The notes under the pieces are model-generated. The model was not told the origin of the DNA, did no database searches, and saw only the letters and a list, made by a program, of their open reading frames with translations. Position numbers and translations under genes: made by a program. From NCBI GenBank assembly GCA_963708025.1, contig CAVPSB010000014.1, forward strand, positions 192,001-256,000: a stretch of 64,000 bases of DNA. The letters are read 5' to 3'. Every line of letters starts with the position of its first letter. Position 1 is the stretch's first letter. This document shows, piece by piece, positions 38,576 to 50,927 of this stretch. Origin of the DNA: an uncultured Candidatus Rokubacteria bacterium (GTDB lineage Bacteria > Methylomirabilota > Methylomirabilia > Rokubacteriales > DASRDR01).

Positions 38576-39217
38576 TCAGAAGGGCAGCTCCCCGAACGCG
38601 TTCAGGGTGGCCGCGGCGACCGCGGCGGGGCGGCGGCCGAGGTCGTGGCCGGTGCCGTCGATCGGGAGGAGCCGGGTCGGGGCCGGGATCAGGGCGAGCG
38701 CCTCCCGCAGCTCCTCCAGCGAGCCGAAGGGGTCGCGGGTGCCGTGGACAAAGAGCGCCGGCGTGCGGAGCTCCGGGAAGTGGGCGGTCCGTCGCTCGGT
38801 CGGACGCCGGGGCGGATGGAGCGGGTAGGAGAGCAGGAGCAGCGCGTCCGCCAGCGACGGCTCCTCGGCCGCGAGGATGCTGGCCTGGCGCCCGCCGTAG
38901 GAGTGACCGCCCAGGAACACGCGGCCGGCGGCTCGGCTGCGCGCCAGGGCCACCGCCGCCTCGAGACCTTCCCGGTCACGGGGCGCGGCGCCCGCCCGGG
39001 GCGGGCCGGTGGGGGACGCCTGACGGAAGGGCAGGTCACAGCGGAGCACGGCGATCCCGTGGGCCGCGAAGGCCTCGGCGACGGTGACCAGGAGGGGCGC
39101 GTCGCCGCTCGAGCCGGCGCCGTGGGTGAGGACGAGCGCGTCCCCCGACGGGGCGGCCGGCGCGTGCCAGTGGCCGCGGACGCCGCCCTCAGAGATAGCG
39201 ACGGGGGAGCTCGGCAC
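38576..39217 (-). CDS. Alpha/beta hydrolase
   Basis: LTHGAG, GGHSYGGR, LSYPLHPP, HGTRDPFG, GHDL. Confidence 0.88.
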   Translation of the reverse strand: MPSSPVAISEGGVRGHWHAPAAPSGDALVLTHGAGSSGDAPLLVTVAEAFAAHGIAVLRCDLPFRQASPTGPPRAGAAPRDREGLEAAVALARSRAAGRVFLGGHSYGGRQASILAAEEPSLADALLLLSYPLHPPRRPTERRTAHFPELRTPALFVHGTRDPFGSLEELREALALIPAPTRLLPIDGTGHDLGRRPAAVAAATLNAFGELPF

Positions 39218-40168
39218 CGGCGACGTAGCTGAGCTTGCCCACCCTGCACATCTGGTAGACGTTGATGCGGAAGTCCGGGCAGGTGCTCACCAGGCAGTAG
39301 GCGTCGGTCGGCGTGAAGCCGTAGTCGGTGATCAGCCAGTCCATCAGGTTGATCGTGGCCGTCTCGACGGCGACTTCCAGCGGCCGGTAGGCGAAGACCG
39401 ACACGATCGACTCCGGCTTCTCGATCCGCATCCAGGGGATGCGCCTGCCCTTGACCAGGTCGAGCCGGAGGCGCACGGTCGCCTTCGTCTCGGCGGCGGT
39501 GCCGGTGAACTCGGTGTCGCCCTGGCTGGCGTGGACGTCGCCCAGGTAGAAGAGGGCGCCGGGGTGGAAGATCGGGAGCAAGATCCGGTTGCCCGGCGCC
39601 GACGTCGCGGATGTCGAGGTTGCCGCCCCACTCGCCCTGGCCGTCGAGGCTGGTCGTCACCTCGCGGTCGGGGGCGACGCCGATGCGTGCCGATGAACGG
39701 CGTGATCGGCCAGGAGAGCGCGTCGTTGAAGTGCAGCGTGCCGTCGCGCGTGGTGCCGCTGGGGCCGGGCGTGTGGCGGAAGATCTTCGTCGTGTAGTCG
39801 GCCGACAGCTCGGGCCAGCGGGTCGATTCGCCGAGCGGCCCGCGGCGCGGGCCGACGGCGATCCACGAGTAGTCGTCGACCAGGATGTCCTCGATCGTGA
39901 CGACCAGCGCGTCGCCGCGCTCGGCCCCTTCGAGCAAGACCGGGCCGCCGATCGGGTTGGCCAGCGGCGGGACGCGGTCGAAGCCCGGCCGCCGGGCCGG
40001 GATGGCCTTGTCCTCGGCCGTCTTGAAGTAGCCGGTGCTGGCGTCGTAGGTCTCGATCTCGAAGCTCTCGCCGGGCTGGACGCGCAGCAGCGGCTCGTCG
40101 CGCCAGTCGAAGGCGTACTTGCGGGCCTGTTCGCGAGTGATCCGCTGCACGGGATTCGCTCCGCTCAT
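39189..40168 (-). CDS. Acetamidase/formamidase family protein, frameshifted
   Basis: ANPIGGPV.LEGAERGD, PFIG, GGNLD, LYLGDVHASQGDTE-like FYLGDVHASQGDTE. Confidence 0.87.
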
Positions 40169-40189
40169 GCACTGCTCCTCTTCACGGGG

Positions 40190-40999
40190 TCACAGGGTCC
40201 GGAGGCGCGGGTCCAGGGCCTCGCGCAGCCGGTCGCCCACGAAGTTGAGACCCAGCACCGTCACGAAGATGGCCAGGCCGGGAAACGTCGCGAACCACGG
40301 CGCCCGATCGAGGAAGCCGCGGCCTTCGGCGAGCATCGACCCCCACGAGGCCTGGGGGGGCTGGACGCCCAGGCCCAGGAAGCTGAGGGCCGCCTCCACC
40401 AGGATGGCGTAGCCCATGCCGAGCGAGGCCTGGACGATGACCGGCGACAGGCAGTTGGGCATCACGTGGCGGGCCACGATCCGGAGGCCGCCGGCTCCCA
40501 GCCCCCGGGCGGCGTCCACGAACTCCCGCTCCCGCAGCGACAGCACGCTGGCCCGCACGATGCGGGCGAACGGCGCGATGTAGATGACGCCGATCGCCAG
40601 CATCGCGTTCTGGAGCGACGGGCCGAGGACGGCCATGATCGCGATGGCCAGGAGGATCGCCGGGAAGGCCATCAGGCCGTCGAGGACTCGCATGACGAGG
40701 ATGTCCATGAAGCCGCCCCGGTAGCCCGCGATCAGCCCGAGCGGCACCCCGATCACGGCCGCCGTCCCCATCGAGATGACCCCGACCAGCACCGAGACCG
40801 AGGCGCCGTGGATGACCCGGCTCAGGATGTCGCGCCCGAGGTCGTCGGTGCCGAAGAGGTACCGGCCGCCGGGCGGCGCCAGCAGATCGGGCTGCATGTC
40901 GTTCGGCGCGTAGGGCGCGAGCCAGGGCGCCAGCAGCGCGGTGGCCACCACGAGCCCCACCACGCCCAGCGCGGCCCAGGACGCACCCCCCGCCCTCAC
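40190..40999 (-). CDS. Peptide/nickel ABC permease (DppC-type)
   Basis: FGTDDLGRD, EFVDAARGLG, EAALSFLGLG, WGSML. Confidence 0.93.
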   Translation of the reverse strand: MRAGGASWAALGVVGLVVATALLAPWLAPYAPNDMQPDLLAPPGGRYLFGTDDLGRDILSRVIHGASVSVLVGVISMGTAAVIGVPLGLIAGYRGGFMDILVMRVLDGLMAFPAILLAIAIMAVLGPSLQNAMLAIGVIYIAPFARIVRASVLSLREREFVDAARGLGAGGLRIVARHVMPNCLSPVIVQASLGMGYAILVEAALSFLGLGVQPPQASWGSMLAEGRGFLDRAPWFATFPGLAIFVTVLGLNFVGDRLREALDPRLRTL

Positions 41000-41017
41000 T
41001 ATTGAATCAGTGCGCGG

Positions 41018-41085
41018 ACCTGCCCGCCCACCCCCGCCGACCCCCGCTCGGCTCCACCGACCGGGGGGAAGGCGGGGGCTGGAGG
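41018..41085 (-). repeat. Family-1 repeat, degenerate
   Basis: CCTCCAGCCCCC...GGGGGTGGGCGGGCAGGT. Confidence 0.6.
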
Positions 41086-41108
41086 GGCTCGATGGCTTCA
41101 GACCCGTC

Positions 41109-42062
<954 letters not shown>

Positions 42063-42116
42063 CGGGACGGGGTCCGGGCGGAGGGAGAGCCGCCGCCCTC
42101 CCTCCGCGTCCGTCCT

Positions 42117-43646
42117 TCAGGCCACGGCGATCTCGAGGAGGTTCGGCCGCCCCAGGGCGTTGACGTACAGGTTCTTCACCTTGGTGCTGGCGCCCCAGAG
42201 GACCGGCCAGGTCTGCTGCCGGATGGCCGGGACCTCGGTCACGACGAGCTGGGTGATCTCCTTGTAGATGGCCTTGCGCTTGTCGCGGTTGAGCTCGGCG
42301 CGCCCCATTCGCAGGAGCTCGTCCATCCGGGGGTTCGAGTAGAGGCCCGGGTTGCCGCTGGCCTTGGTGCCGAAGACGCCCGAGGTCATGGCGTCGGGGT
42401 CGAACTCGCGCACCACCGCGCTCTGGCCGAGCTGGAAGTTGTTCTCGCCGTACAGGTCCTTCACGTAGGCCGCCCACTCGATCGCCTGGATCTTGAGCCG
42501 GATGCCGGCCTCGCGGCACTGGGCCTCGTAGATCTCGGCCGTCCGCACGAACTCGGGGTACTGGGGGCTGGCCTTCAGCGTCAGCTCCAGGCCGTCGGGG
42601 TGGCCCGCCTCCTTCAGGAGCTGCTTGGCCTTGGCCCGGTCGAAGGGCAGGCAGGCGACGTCCGCGCTGTGGGCCCAGTGGGCGGCCGGGAAGGGGCTAC
42701 AGCCGGGCTCGCCCACGCTGAACATCGCGGCCCGGTGGATCAGCTCCCGGTTGGTGCACATGGCCAGCGCCTGGCGGACCTTCACGTTGTCGAGCGGCGG
42801 GGCGTGGCGGATCAGCATCAGCATGTAGTTGGTGGCGAAGGGCTGGGGCTCGTACAGCTTGACGTTCGGCGACCGGTCGAGGTCGGCCTTGAACTTGGGC
42901 GGCACGTTGTAGTGGAGGTCGAGGACGCCGGCCTGGAGGTTGGCCACCGCGGTCTGCGCCTCGGGCACCGGGGACAGCACCAGCTCGTCCACGTACTTCG
43001 CGTCCTTCCGCCAGTAGTCGCCGAACCGGGCGACCTTGACGTGGACGTTGGGGACCCGCTCCACGAAGCGGAAGGGCCCGGTGCCGACCGGGCGGGTCGC
43101 CAGGTTGGCCTCCTCCTCCGGCGGCACGATGGCGGCGTAGCGGATGCTCGACAGGAACGGCGCGCTCGGGTTCTTGAGGGTGATCCGGACCCGGAGGTCG
43201 TCGAGCGGCTCCACGCTGGCCACGTCCGCCAGGTACGAGGCCCACTTGCTCTTGGCGCCGAAGGCGATGATCCGCTCGAAGGACCACTTCACGTCGGCGG
43301 CCCGGAGCTCCCGCCCGCTGTGGTACTTGACGCCGCGGCGGAGGGTGAAGACGTAGGTCCGGGAGTCCGGCTGGTCCCACTTCTCGGCCAGGCTCGGGGC
43401 CGGGTTCATGTTCCGGTCGAACGTCGTGAGCGACTCGAACATCGCCTCCATCGGCGTGTAGTCGATGGCCGACGACACGAGGTGGGGGTCGATCTGCTGG
43501 ATGTCGGACGGGATCCCGATCCGCAGGCTGGTTCCGGCGGCATGGACGAGGGCGGGGGCGGCGCCCCAGCGACCGGTCGCCACGGCGGCGCCGGCCGCGG
43601 CCACGCCGCCGGCCTTCAGAAAGTCCCTCCGGGTCAATCGGGCCAT
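42117..43646 (-). CDS. Family-5 ABC substrate-binding protein with Tat signal
   Basis: LTRRDFLK, LRRGVKYH, GTGPFRF. Confidence 0.93.
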   Translation of the reverse strand: MARLTRRDFLKAGGVAAAGAAVATGRWGAAPALVHAAGTSLRIGIPSDIQQIDPHLVSSAIDYTPMEAMFESLTTFDRNMNPAPSLAEKWDQPDSRTYVFTLRRGVKYHSGRELRAADVKWSFERIIAFGAKSKWASYLADVASVEPLDDLRVRITLKNPSAPFLSSIRYAAIVPPEEEANLATRPVGTGPFRFVERVPNVHVKVARFGDYWRKDAKYVDELVLSPVPEAQTAVANLQAGVLDLHYNVPPKFKADLDRSPNVKLYEPQPFATNYMLMLIRHAPPLDNVKVRQALAMCTNRELIHRAAMFSVGEPGCSPFPAAHWAHSADVACLPFDRAKAKQLLKEAGHPDGLELTLKASPQYPEFVRTAEIYEAQCREAGIRLKIQAIEWAAYVKDLYGENNFQLGQSAVVREFDPDAMTSGVFGTKASGNPGLYSNPRMDELLRMGRAELNRDKRKAIYKEITQLVVTEVPAIRQQTWPVLWGASTKVKNLYVNALGRPNLLEIAVA

Positions 43647-43669
43647 GACGACTCCTCCCTTCTCGGCGG

Positions 43670-44882
43670 TCAGCCTTCGGAGGTGCGGCGGACGAGGCGC
43701 GGGTCCTCGAGGAACGAGCGGCGCAGCTCGGTCCCGATCCCCGGTCCGTCGGGCGGATGCACGTGGCCGTCCCGGATGGGCGGCAGGTCGCTCACGACCT
43801 CCGGGTACCAGCCGGTGGTGAAGGCGCGCACGGTTTCCTGGATGAGGGCGTTGGGGGCGTTGAGGGCCAGGTGGACCGAGAACACGTAGGTCAGCGGCCC
43901 CACGCAGTCGTGCGGGGTCACCGGGAGGTGGTAGGCCTCGGCCAGGGCCGCCACCCGGCGGGCCTCCGAGATCCCGCCGACCCACGAGACGTCGAGCATG
44001 CAGATGTTGACGGCGTCCCGCTCGAAGAGGGCGAGGAACGCCGAGCGCGTGGACAGCGTCTCGCTCGCGCAGGTCGGGATGGCGGTGGCGCGCCGGAAGC
44101 GCGCGAGCGCCCGGGGGTTGTCCATCGGGATCGGGTCCTCGACCCACATCGGCCGGTACGGCTCGACCGCCCGGGCGATCCGGACGGCCGCCGGCAGGCC
44201 CCACAGCCCGTGCAGCTCGAGGGCGACCTCCATCCGCTCACCGACCGCCTCGCGGATCTGCCGGAACGGCGCCGCCCCGGCCTCCAGGTCCGCCGGCTCG
44301 ATCGACTGGCCGCGGGTCTTCGCGGCGAAGCGGTCGAACGGCCAGATCTTCATGGCGGTGGTGCCCTCGGCGAGGAGGTCCCGGGCGAGCCCGGCCGGAT
44401 CGGTGAGGAAGCGGTGCTGGTCCTCGTAGGGCCCGGCCGCCCGGTAGTCGACCGCCGCCGGATCGGTCGGGCCGGATCGGGTGACCCCGTAGGAGTAGCC
44501 GGCGCACGTGTTGTAGATCCGGATCCGCTCGCGGGTCAGGCCGCCCAGGACCTGGTAGAGCGGCTCGCCGACGCGCCGGGCGTAGAGGTCCCAGAGCGCC
44601 ATGTCGATCGCGGACAGCGCGCGGATCTCGGCGCCGCGAGCCCGGGCGCCGAGGCCGAGGCGATGGATCGCCGTCCAGTGGCGGTCGAGCTGGCCCGCGT
44701 CCTGGCCGAGCAGGTACGGGGCGACGTCGCCGTGGATGAACGCCGCCACCGCGTCGGGTCCGTAGGACGTCTCGCCGAGGCCGACCCGACCGGCCGCGTC
44801 GTGGACGCGCACCCAGAGGACCTTGGGGTAGGCCGGGATGCGCGACGGTCTCGATGCGCGCGACGCTCGACTCCTTGGCCAC
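43670..44882 (-). CDS. Mandelate racemase/muconate lactonizing enzyme family (acid-sugar dehydratase-like), indel near 44845
   Basis: SAIDMALWD, AMKIWPFD, ELHG, WVEDP, CASE, PHDCVGP. Confidence 0.88.
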
Positions 44883-44911
44883 CCACGCTCCTTTGGCTGA
44901 CGCGACTCGTG

Positions 44912-44941
44912 TACGATAGGGGACGCCCCGCGGGGCGTCAA
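44912..44941. promoter_or_regulatory. Divergent promoter region with perfect 18-bp palindrome
   Basis: GACGCCCCGCGGGGCGTC 44922-44939 overlaps minus-strand TTGACG-N17-TATCGT; plus-strand TACGAT 44912-44917. Confidence 0.6.
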
Positions 44942-44952
44942 GGAGGCGATCG

Positions 44953-45870
44953 ATGGGCGCGGAGCTGGCCGGCGTCATCCCGATCACCGTCACGCCGTTC
45001 GACGAGCGCGGCCGCGTCGACGAGGACGCGATCGCCGGGCTCGTGGAGTTCGAGGCCCGCTGCGGCGTCCACGGGCTGAACGTCCTCGGCATCATGGGCG
45101 AGGCGCACAAGCTGACCGAGCCCGAGCGCCGCCGGGTGGCCGAGCTGTTCGTCAAGAACGCCGCCGGCCGGCTGCCGGTCGTCGTCGGCACCTCGCACGG
45201 CGGCACCGGGGTCGTGGTCGAGCTGTCCCAGGCCGCCGAGTCGGCCGGCGCCGCCGCCGTCATGGTCGCGCCCCCGAGCGGCCTCCGCGGCGACGGGGCG
45301 CTCCTCGCCCACTACCGCGAGGTGGCGGCCGCGATCGCGATCCCCATCGTCGTCCAGGACGAGCCGGTGACCACCGGCGTCATCATGTCCCCGGAGCTGC
45401 TGGCCCGGATCGCGAGCGAGATCGAGGCCTGCCGCTACGTCAAGCTCGAGGAGCCGCCGACGCCGACGAAGCTGACGGCGCTCCGCCGGCTCCCGGGCGG
45501 CGACCGGCTGCGGGTCTTCGGCGGGATGAACGCCTTCTACTTCATCGAGGAGCTGGCCCGTGGCGCGGTCGGCGTCATGACCGCCTTCGCGTTCCCCGAC
45601 GTCCTGGTGGAGATCTACGAGCGCTTCCGGCGCGGCGACGTCGGGGCCGCGGCAGCGCTCTTCGACCGCTCCGCCTCCTTCATCCGGTACGACGGCCAGC
45701 AGGGGATCGGCCTGGCGCTCCGCAAGGAGGTGCTGCGCCGGCGGGGCGCGATTCCCAGCGCCTTCGTCCGCCCGCCCGGCCCGAAGCTCGACGACGTGAC
45801 GCGCGCCGAGCTGACCGCCATCCTCGATCGCCTGGGCCTCTCCGCGCGCCTCGCCCCCGGAACGGGCTAG
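44953..45870 (+). CDS. Dihydrodipicolinate synthase/aldolase family protein
   Basis: VTPFD, LGIMGE, VQD, YVKLE. Confidence 0.88.
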   Translation: MGAELAGVIPITVTPFDERGRVDEDAIAGLVEFEARCGVHGLNVLGIMGEAHKLTEPERRRVAELFVKNAAGRLPVVVGTSHGGTGVVVELSQAAESAGAAAVMVAPPSGLRGDGALLAHYREVAAAIAIPIVVQDEPVTTGVIMSPELLARIASEIEACRYVKLEEPPTPTKLTALRRLPGGDRLRVFGGMNAFYFIEELARGAVGVMTAFAFPDVLVEIYERFRRGDVGAAAALFDRSASFIRYDGQQGIGLALRKEVLRRRGAIPSAFVRPPGPKLDDVTRAELTAILDRLGLSARLAPGTG

Positions 45871-45886
45871 CCGCGTCCATCGGGAC

Positions 45887-47155
45887 GTGCCGCTGGTAGA
45901 CGCCGCGAGCCGTCGGGCCTCCCCGTTCGTCGCGCTCCGGCATCGGAACTACCGCCTGCTCTGGCTGGGTCAGCTCGTCTCCCAGTCCGGCTCGACGATG
46001 CAGACGGCGGCCATCCTCTGGCACGTGGCGCTGCTGGCCCCGCCGGACGGGAAGGCGCTCGCCCTCGGCCTGGTCGGGCTCGTGCGCCTGCTCCCCATCC
46101 TCCTTCTCGGCCCGGTGAGCGGGGTGGTGGCCGACGCCCGGGACCGCCGCCGCCTGATGCTCGCGACCCAGACCGCCATGGGGCTGGTGGCGGGAACGCT
46201 CGCCGTGCTCACGTTCCGCGGCCTCGGCGTCGCCTGGCCGATCTACCTCCTGGCCGGGCTCAACGCGGCGGCGGGGGCGGTGGACAGCCCGTCCCGGCAG
46301 TCGCTCGTCCCCAACCTGGTGCCGCGGGAGCACCTGCCGAACGCGATCAGCCTCAACACGATCATGTCCCAGACGGCCTCGGTCGTCGGCCCGTCCCTCG
46401 GCGGCGTCGTCATCGCCACCCTCGGGATCGGCTGGGCCTACGCGCTGAACGGGCTGTCGTTCGTCGCGGTCATCGCCTCGCTCGTCGCGATGCGAGAGGT
46501 CCCGAGGCCGGCCGCCGGCACCCGCCCCGACATCAGCCTCCGCGCGCTGGTCGAGGGCGTGCGGTTCGTGTTCGCCGCGCCGCTGATCCGCTCGACGATG
46601 CTGCTCGACTCCTTCGCCACCTTCTTCTCCACGACCACGATCCTGCTGCCGATCTTCGCCCAGGACATCCTCCGCGTCGGCGCCCACGGCTACGGCTGGC
46701 TCTACGCCGCCCCGTCGATCGGGGCGCTGCTGGCGGGCGCCGCGATGGTCCGCCTGGTGGACCGGATCGAGTGGCGCGGCCGGGTGCTGGTGGTGGCCGT
46801 CGGGGTCTACGGGCTGGCCAGCGTGGCGTTCGGCCTCTCGCGCGCGTTCTGGCTGACGCTCCTCTGCCTGGCGGCGAGCGGGGCGGCCGACACCGTGAGC
46901 ATGGTGCTGCGGAACATCATCCGGCAGCTCGAGACGCCGGACCGCCTGCGGGGCCGGGTGGTCGGCGTGAACATGGTCTTCTTCCAGGGCGCGCCCCAGC
47001 TCGGGGGGCTGGAGGCGGGGCTGGCCGCGAACTGGCTCGGCGCCCCGCTCGCGGTCGTCACCGGCGGGGTCGGCTGCCTGGTGGCGACCGGCTGGATCAC
47101 CGCGCGCACGCCGGCCTTGCTTCGGTACCGGCACAGCGGCGCGGCTCGGCTATGA
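45887..47155 (+). CDS. MFS transporter
   Basis: RNYRLLWLGQ, GVVADARDRRR, about 12 TM segments, TPDRLRGRV. Confidence 0.92.
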   Translation: MPLVDAASRRASPFVALRHRNYRLLWLGQLVSQSGSTMQTAAILWHVALLAPPDGKALALGLVGLVRLLPILLLGPVSGVVADARDRRRLMLATQTAMGLVAGTLAVLTFRGLGVAWPIYLLAGLNAAAGAVDSPSRQSLVPNLVPREHLPNAISLNTIMSQTASVVGPSLGGVVIATLGIGWAYALNGLSFVAVIASLVAMREVPRPAAGTRPDISLRALVEGVRFVFAAPLIRSTMLLDSFATFFSTTTILLPIFAQDILRVGAHGYGWLYAAPSIGALLAGAAMVRLVDRIEWRGRVLVVAVGVYGLASVAFGLSRAFWLTLLCLAASGAADTVSMVLRNIIRQLETPDRLRGRVVGVNMVFFQGAPQLGGLEAGLAANWLGAPLAVVTGGVGCLVATGWITARTPALLRYRHSGAARL

Positions 47156-47191
47156 TAGACGGCGCGAACCCCGGGTCCGATCGGAGGCCTC

Positions 47192-49810
47192 ATGCTCGAC
47201 ATCGATCCGTCCCGTCTCGACCTGGCGCGCGAGTTCAAGGCGCGCCCCTTCGGCGTCCACAGCCCGGATCTCCAGGCGGTCCTGAACCGGATGCGGAGCG
47301 CGCCCGTCCAGGGCAAGCACTACCTGATCATGACCCGGTCGCACGCCCAGTGGGTGCTCGCCCGGATGACCGGCGACCCGCTGCGGCTGGAGGTCGTTCC
47401 GGGCTTCGTCTTCGACCGCCTCGAGGAGGCCGAGTGGACGGTCTTCAAGCTGCGCTGGCAGGCGCTGACCGGCCACGACCTCGGGCGGGAGCTGGGCGAG
47501 CCGGCGGCGGGGCCGGCGCCGGCGGTCGCGGTGCCGACGGCCGAGCGGGCCATCCTCGCCTACGCCGACGAGGCCGGCGTGGCACCGGGGGAGACGATCG
47601 GCTTCAAGGTGAGCTGCCACGGCGTCACCGCGTATCGCGCCGACATCGTCCGGCTGCTGGCCCCCGACACCGGGCCGGACGCCCCCGGGTTCCGGGAGGA
47701 AGAGGTGGCGACGCCGGTGAGCGGCGAGCATCGCGGCCGGGTGCAGCCGCTCCACGTCGGCTCGTCGGTGACGGTGCCGGCGTCGCCGCTCTTCGCGCTG
47801 GCCAGCTTCACGCTCCAGGCGCTGGTCTGGCCGACCCGGCCCGGCAAGGGCGCCCAGGCGCTCCTCGGCACCTGGTCGGAGGCGACGCGCGCCGGGGCCG
47901 GGCTCGCGCTCGACGAGCGCGGCGCCCTCACCCTGCGGCTCGGTGACGGAAGCCGCGTGGAAGTGGTCACGACCGGCGTCCCGCTGGCCGAGCGGCGCTG
48001 GTACTTCGTGGCCGCCAGCTTCGACGCCGCCAGCCGCGCGGTCCACCTGTGGCAGGAGCCGGTGGCCGACCGGACGTTCGGGGTCGCCGGCGCCCTCCAC
48101 GTGGAGCGGTCGGTCACGATCGCGCCCCGGCCGGCCCCCGGTCCGTTCCTGATGGCCGCCTGGCAGGCCGGTGGCCGGGAGGGCCGGGCGCCGACCGGAG
48201 CCCACTTCAACGGGAAGCTCGATCGCCCGCGGGTCGCGAATCGCGCGCTGACGCGGGCCGAGATCGGGGCGCTGGTCGAGGGCCCGCGGCCGGTCGGGCT
48301 GGAGACGGCGGTCGTCGCCGAGTGGGACTTCGCCGCCGACATCGGCTCCGAGCGGGTCACGGACCGCTCGCCGAACCGCCTGCACGGCGAGACGGTGAAT
48401 CTCCCGGCGCGCGCCATGACCGGCCACAACTGGACCGGCGCCGAGATGGACTGGACGACAGGCGCCCGAGCAGTACGGCGCCATCCACTTCCACGACGAC
48501 GACCTCTACGACGCCGGCTGGCGAGACGGACTTCACGCTCGACCGTCCCGGCCGGCCTGCGCAGCGGCGTCTACGCGGCTGCGACTGCAGGCCGAGCGGC
48601 GGTCCCGACTTCTGGGTCGTCGTTCTTCGTCCGGCCCCCGCGCGGCGCCGCGACCGCCGCGCGGCCGGTCGCGTTCCTCGCCTCGACCGCCACCTACCTC
48701 GCCTACTCGAACTATCGCGGGCGCATGCGTCCGGGCGCGCGGACCGAGCTGTTCATCGGCCGCTGCACCGTCGATGGACGCCGACCGACTGCTGCTGATG
48801 CACGCACCCGGAGCTGGGCGTCTCGACCTACGACGTCGCACTCGGACGGCTCCGGCGTCTGCCACGTCTCGCGGCTGCGGCCGATCGTCAACATCCGGCC
48901 CACCGGCCGGCTCTGGAACTTCGTTCCTCGATTTCTGTTCTGCTCGACTGGCTGGAAGCGCACGGGCAGTCGGCTACGACGTCATCACCGACGACGATCT
49001 GCACGCCGAGGGCCTGTCGCTGCTCGCCGGCTACCGGGTCGTGCTCACCGGCTGCCATCCCGAGTACGACTCGCGGCAGATGCTGGACGCGCTCGACGCC
49101 TACCTCGGCCGGGGCGGGCGGCTGATGTACATGGGCGGCAACGGCTTCTACTGGCGGGTGTCGTATCACCGCGACGCACCCGGGGATGATCGAGGTGCGC
49201 CGCGCCGAGGACGGCACGCGCGCCTGGGTCGACCGAGCCCGGCGAGTACTACAGAGCTTCGACCGGCGAGTACGGCGGGCTGTGGCGGCGCCAGGGCCGC
49301 GCGCCCGAACGCGCTGGCCGGCGTCGGCTTCGTCGCCCAGGGCTTCGACGCCTCGTCCTACTACCGGCGCACCAGCCGCCAGCCGCGATCCCCGCGCGCG
49401 CTTCATCTTCGAGGGCGTCGAGGACGAGATCCTCGGGCGACTTCGGCCTCTCGGGCGGCGGCGCCGCCGGCCTCGAGATCGACTCCTTCGATCCCGGCCT
49501 CGGCTCCCCGCCGCACGCGCTCGTGGTGGCGTCCTCGGAGGAGCACTCCAACGCCTTCCAGCTCGTCAACGAGGAGATGAACGTGTCGTTCGCGCGGCAC
49601 CGACGGGCGCCAGTTCTCGCCGGCATCCGCGCCGACATGGTGTTCTTCGAGCGCCCGAACGGCGGGGCCGTCTTCTCCACCGGCTCCATCGCCTACGCGG
49701 GCAGCCTCTCGCACAACGGCTACGACAACAACGTCGCGCGGCTCACGACCAACGTGCTGCGGCGCTTCGCCGACCCCGCCCCCTTCGACCTGCCGACCGA
49801 CGGCGCGTGA
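47192..49810 (+). CDS. N,N-dimethylformamidase large-subunit family protein with in-frame small-subunit-like N-terminal domain; many indels after about 48460
   Basis: AYAD..VAPGETIGFKVS, LamG-like HFNGKLDRP, NLPARAMTGHNW, HFHDDDL, TYLAYSN, HPEY, YMGGNGFYW, IRADMVFF, VFSTGSI. Confidence 0.85.
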
Positions 49811-49844
49811 TCGGGCGGGGGCTGACAGGAGAGAGGAGCGGCCG

Positions 49845-50905
49845 ATGGGAACCGAGGAGAACGGCAGCTACGTCTACGTCGGCGCGGCGCAGTGGACGGC
49901 CGGCACGGTGGGCGGACTCTTCCGGCGGGCCATGGGTGACGACCGCTGGGAGGTCGTGACCCGGGGGTTGCCCGAGCGGCCGCACGTCCAGGCGATCACG
50001 GTTGACCCGCGCCATCCGGAAGTCGTGTACCTGGGAACGCAGGAGGGCCCGTACCGGAGCACGGACCACGGCGCGAGCTGGGAGCGCCTCGGGTTCCCCG
50101 ACGCCGGTGTCCAGGTCTGGTCGATCCTCGTGCACCCAAGCGATCCCCGGCGCCTCTACCTGGGCGGGTCCCCGGTCGCCGTCTACCGGAGCGACGACGG
50201 CGGAGACACCTGGCGCCGGCTCCCGGAGGCCGGCAGCCGGAGCGCGTGAAGGCGCCCTTCGCCTGCCGGGTGATGCGGCTGGCGGTCGATCCCGCCCGCC
50301 CGGACGAGCTCTACGCGGCGCTGGAGGTCGGCGGCGTCATGCGGAGCCTCGACGGGGGCACGAGCTGGACCGACTGCAGCGCCGACCTGCTCCGGCTCGC
50401 CGAGCGCCCGGACCTCAAGAGCCGGATCGTGAGCGACACCGACGTCGAGGGCATGCTGGACGGCCACGCCGTGTGCGTGACCGGCGCGGAGCCCGGCAGC
50501 GTGGTCCTGGCGTGTCGCATGGGTCTGTTCCGCGGCCCGGACCGCGCCGCGCGCTGGGAGGACATGGAGGTCGGCCGCTTCTCACCGCTCCGGTACGGCC
50601 GCGACGTCCGGGTCTCCCCCCACGATCCCCGCGTGCTCTTCGCCTGCCTCAGCCCGGCGGCCAGCAGCGAGGACGGCTCCCTCTATCGCAGCCCGGACGT
50701 GGGCCGGACCTGGACGCGCTTCGACCACGGCGTGCAGGCCCAGAGCACCATGATGGCCGTCGCGCTCGATCAGCGCGACCCCGCCCGGGTGTTCTGCGCC
50801 ACGCGCCGGGGCCAGGTCTTCGGGACCCTGGACGGGGGTCGCACCTGGCACGAGTCCCGGCTGCCGGACGGCGTCCAGGACGTCTACGCGATCGCCACGG
50901 GCTGA
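49845..50905 (+). CDS. BNR/Asp-box beta-propeller protein, indel near 50240
   Basis: Repeated RS.DGG.TW Asp-boxes. Confidence 0.85.
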
Positions 50906-50927
50906 AGGCCTACAGAGAAATCGATAG

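Noticed and set aside
48460-49620. Programmed frameshifting or split genes in the DMFase 3' region
   Set aside because: Too many scattered indels without slippery sites; likely a low-quality consensus patch.
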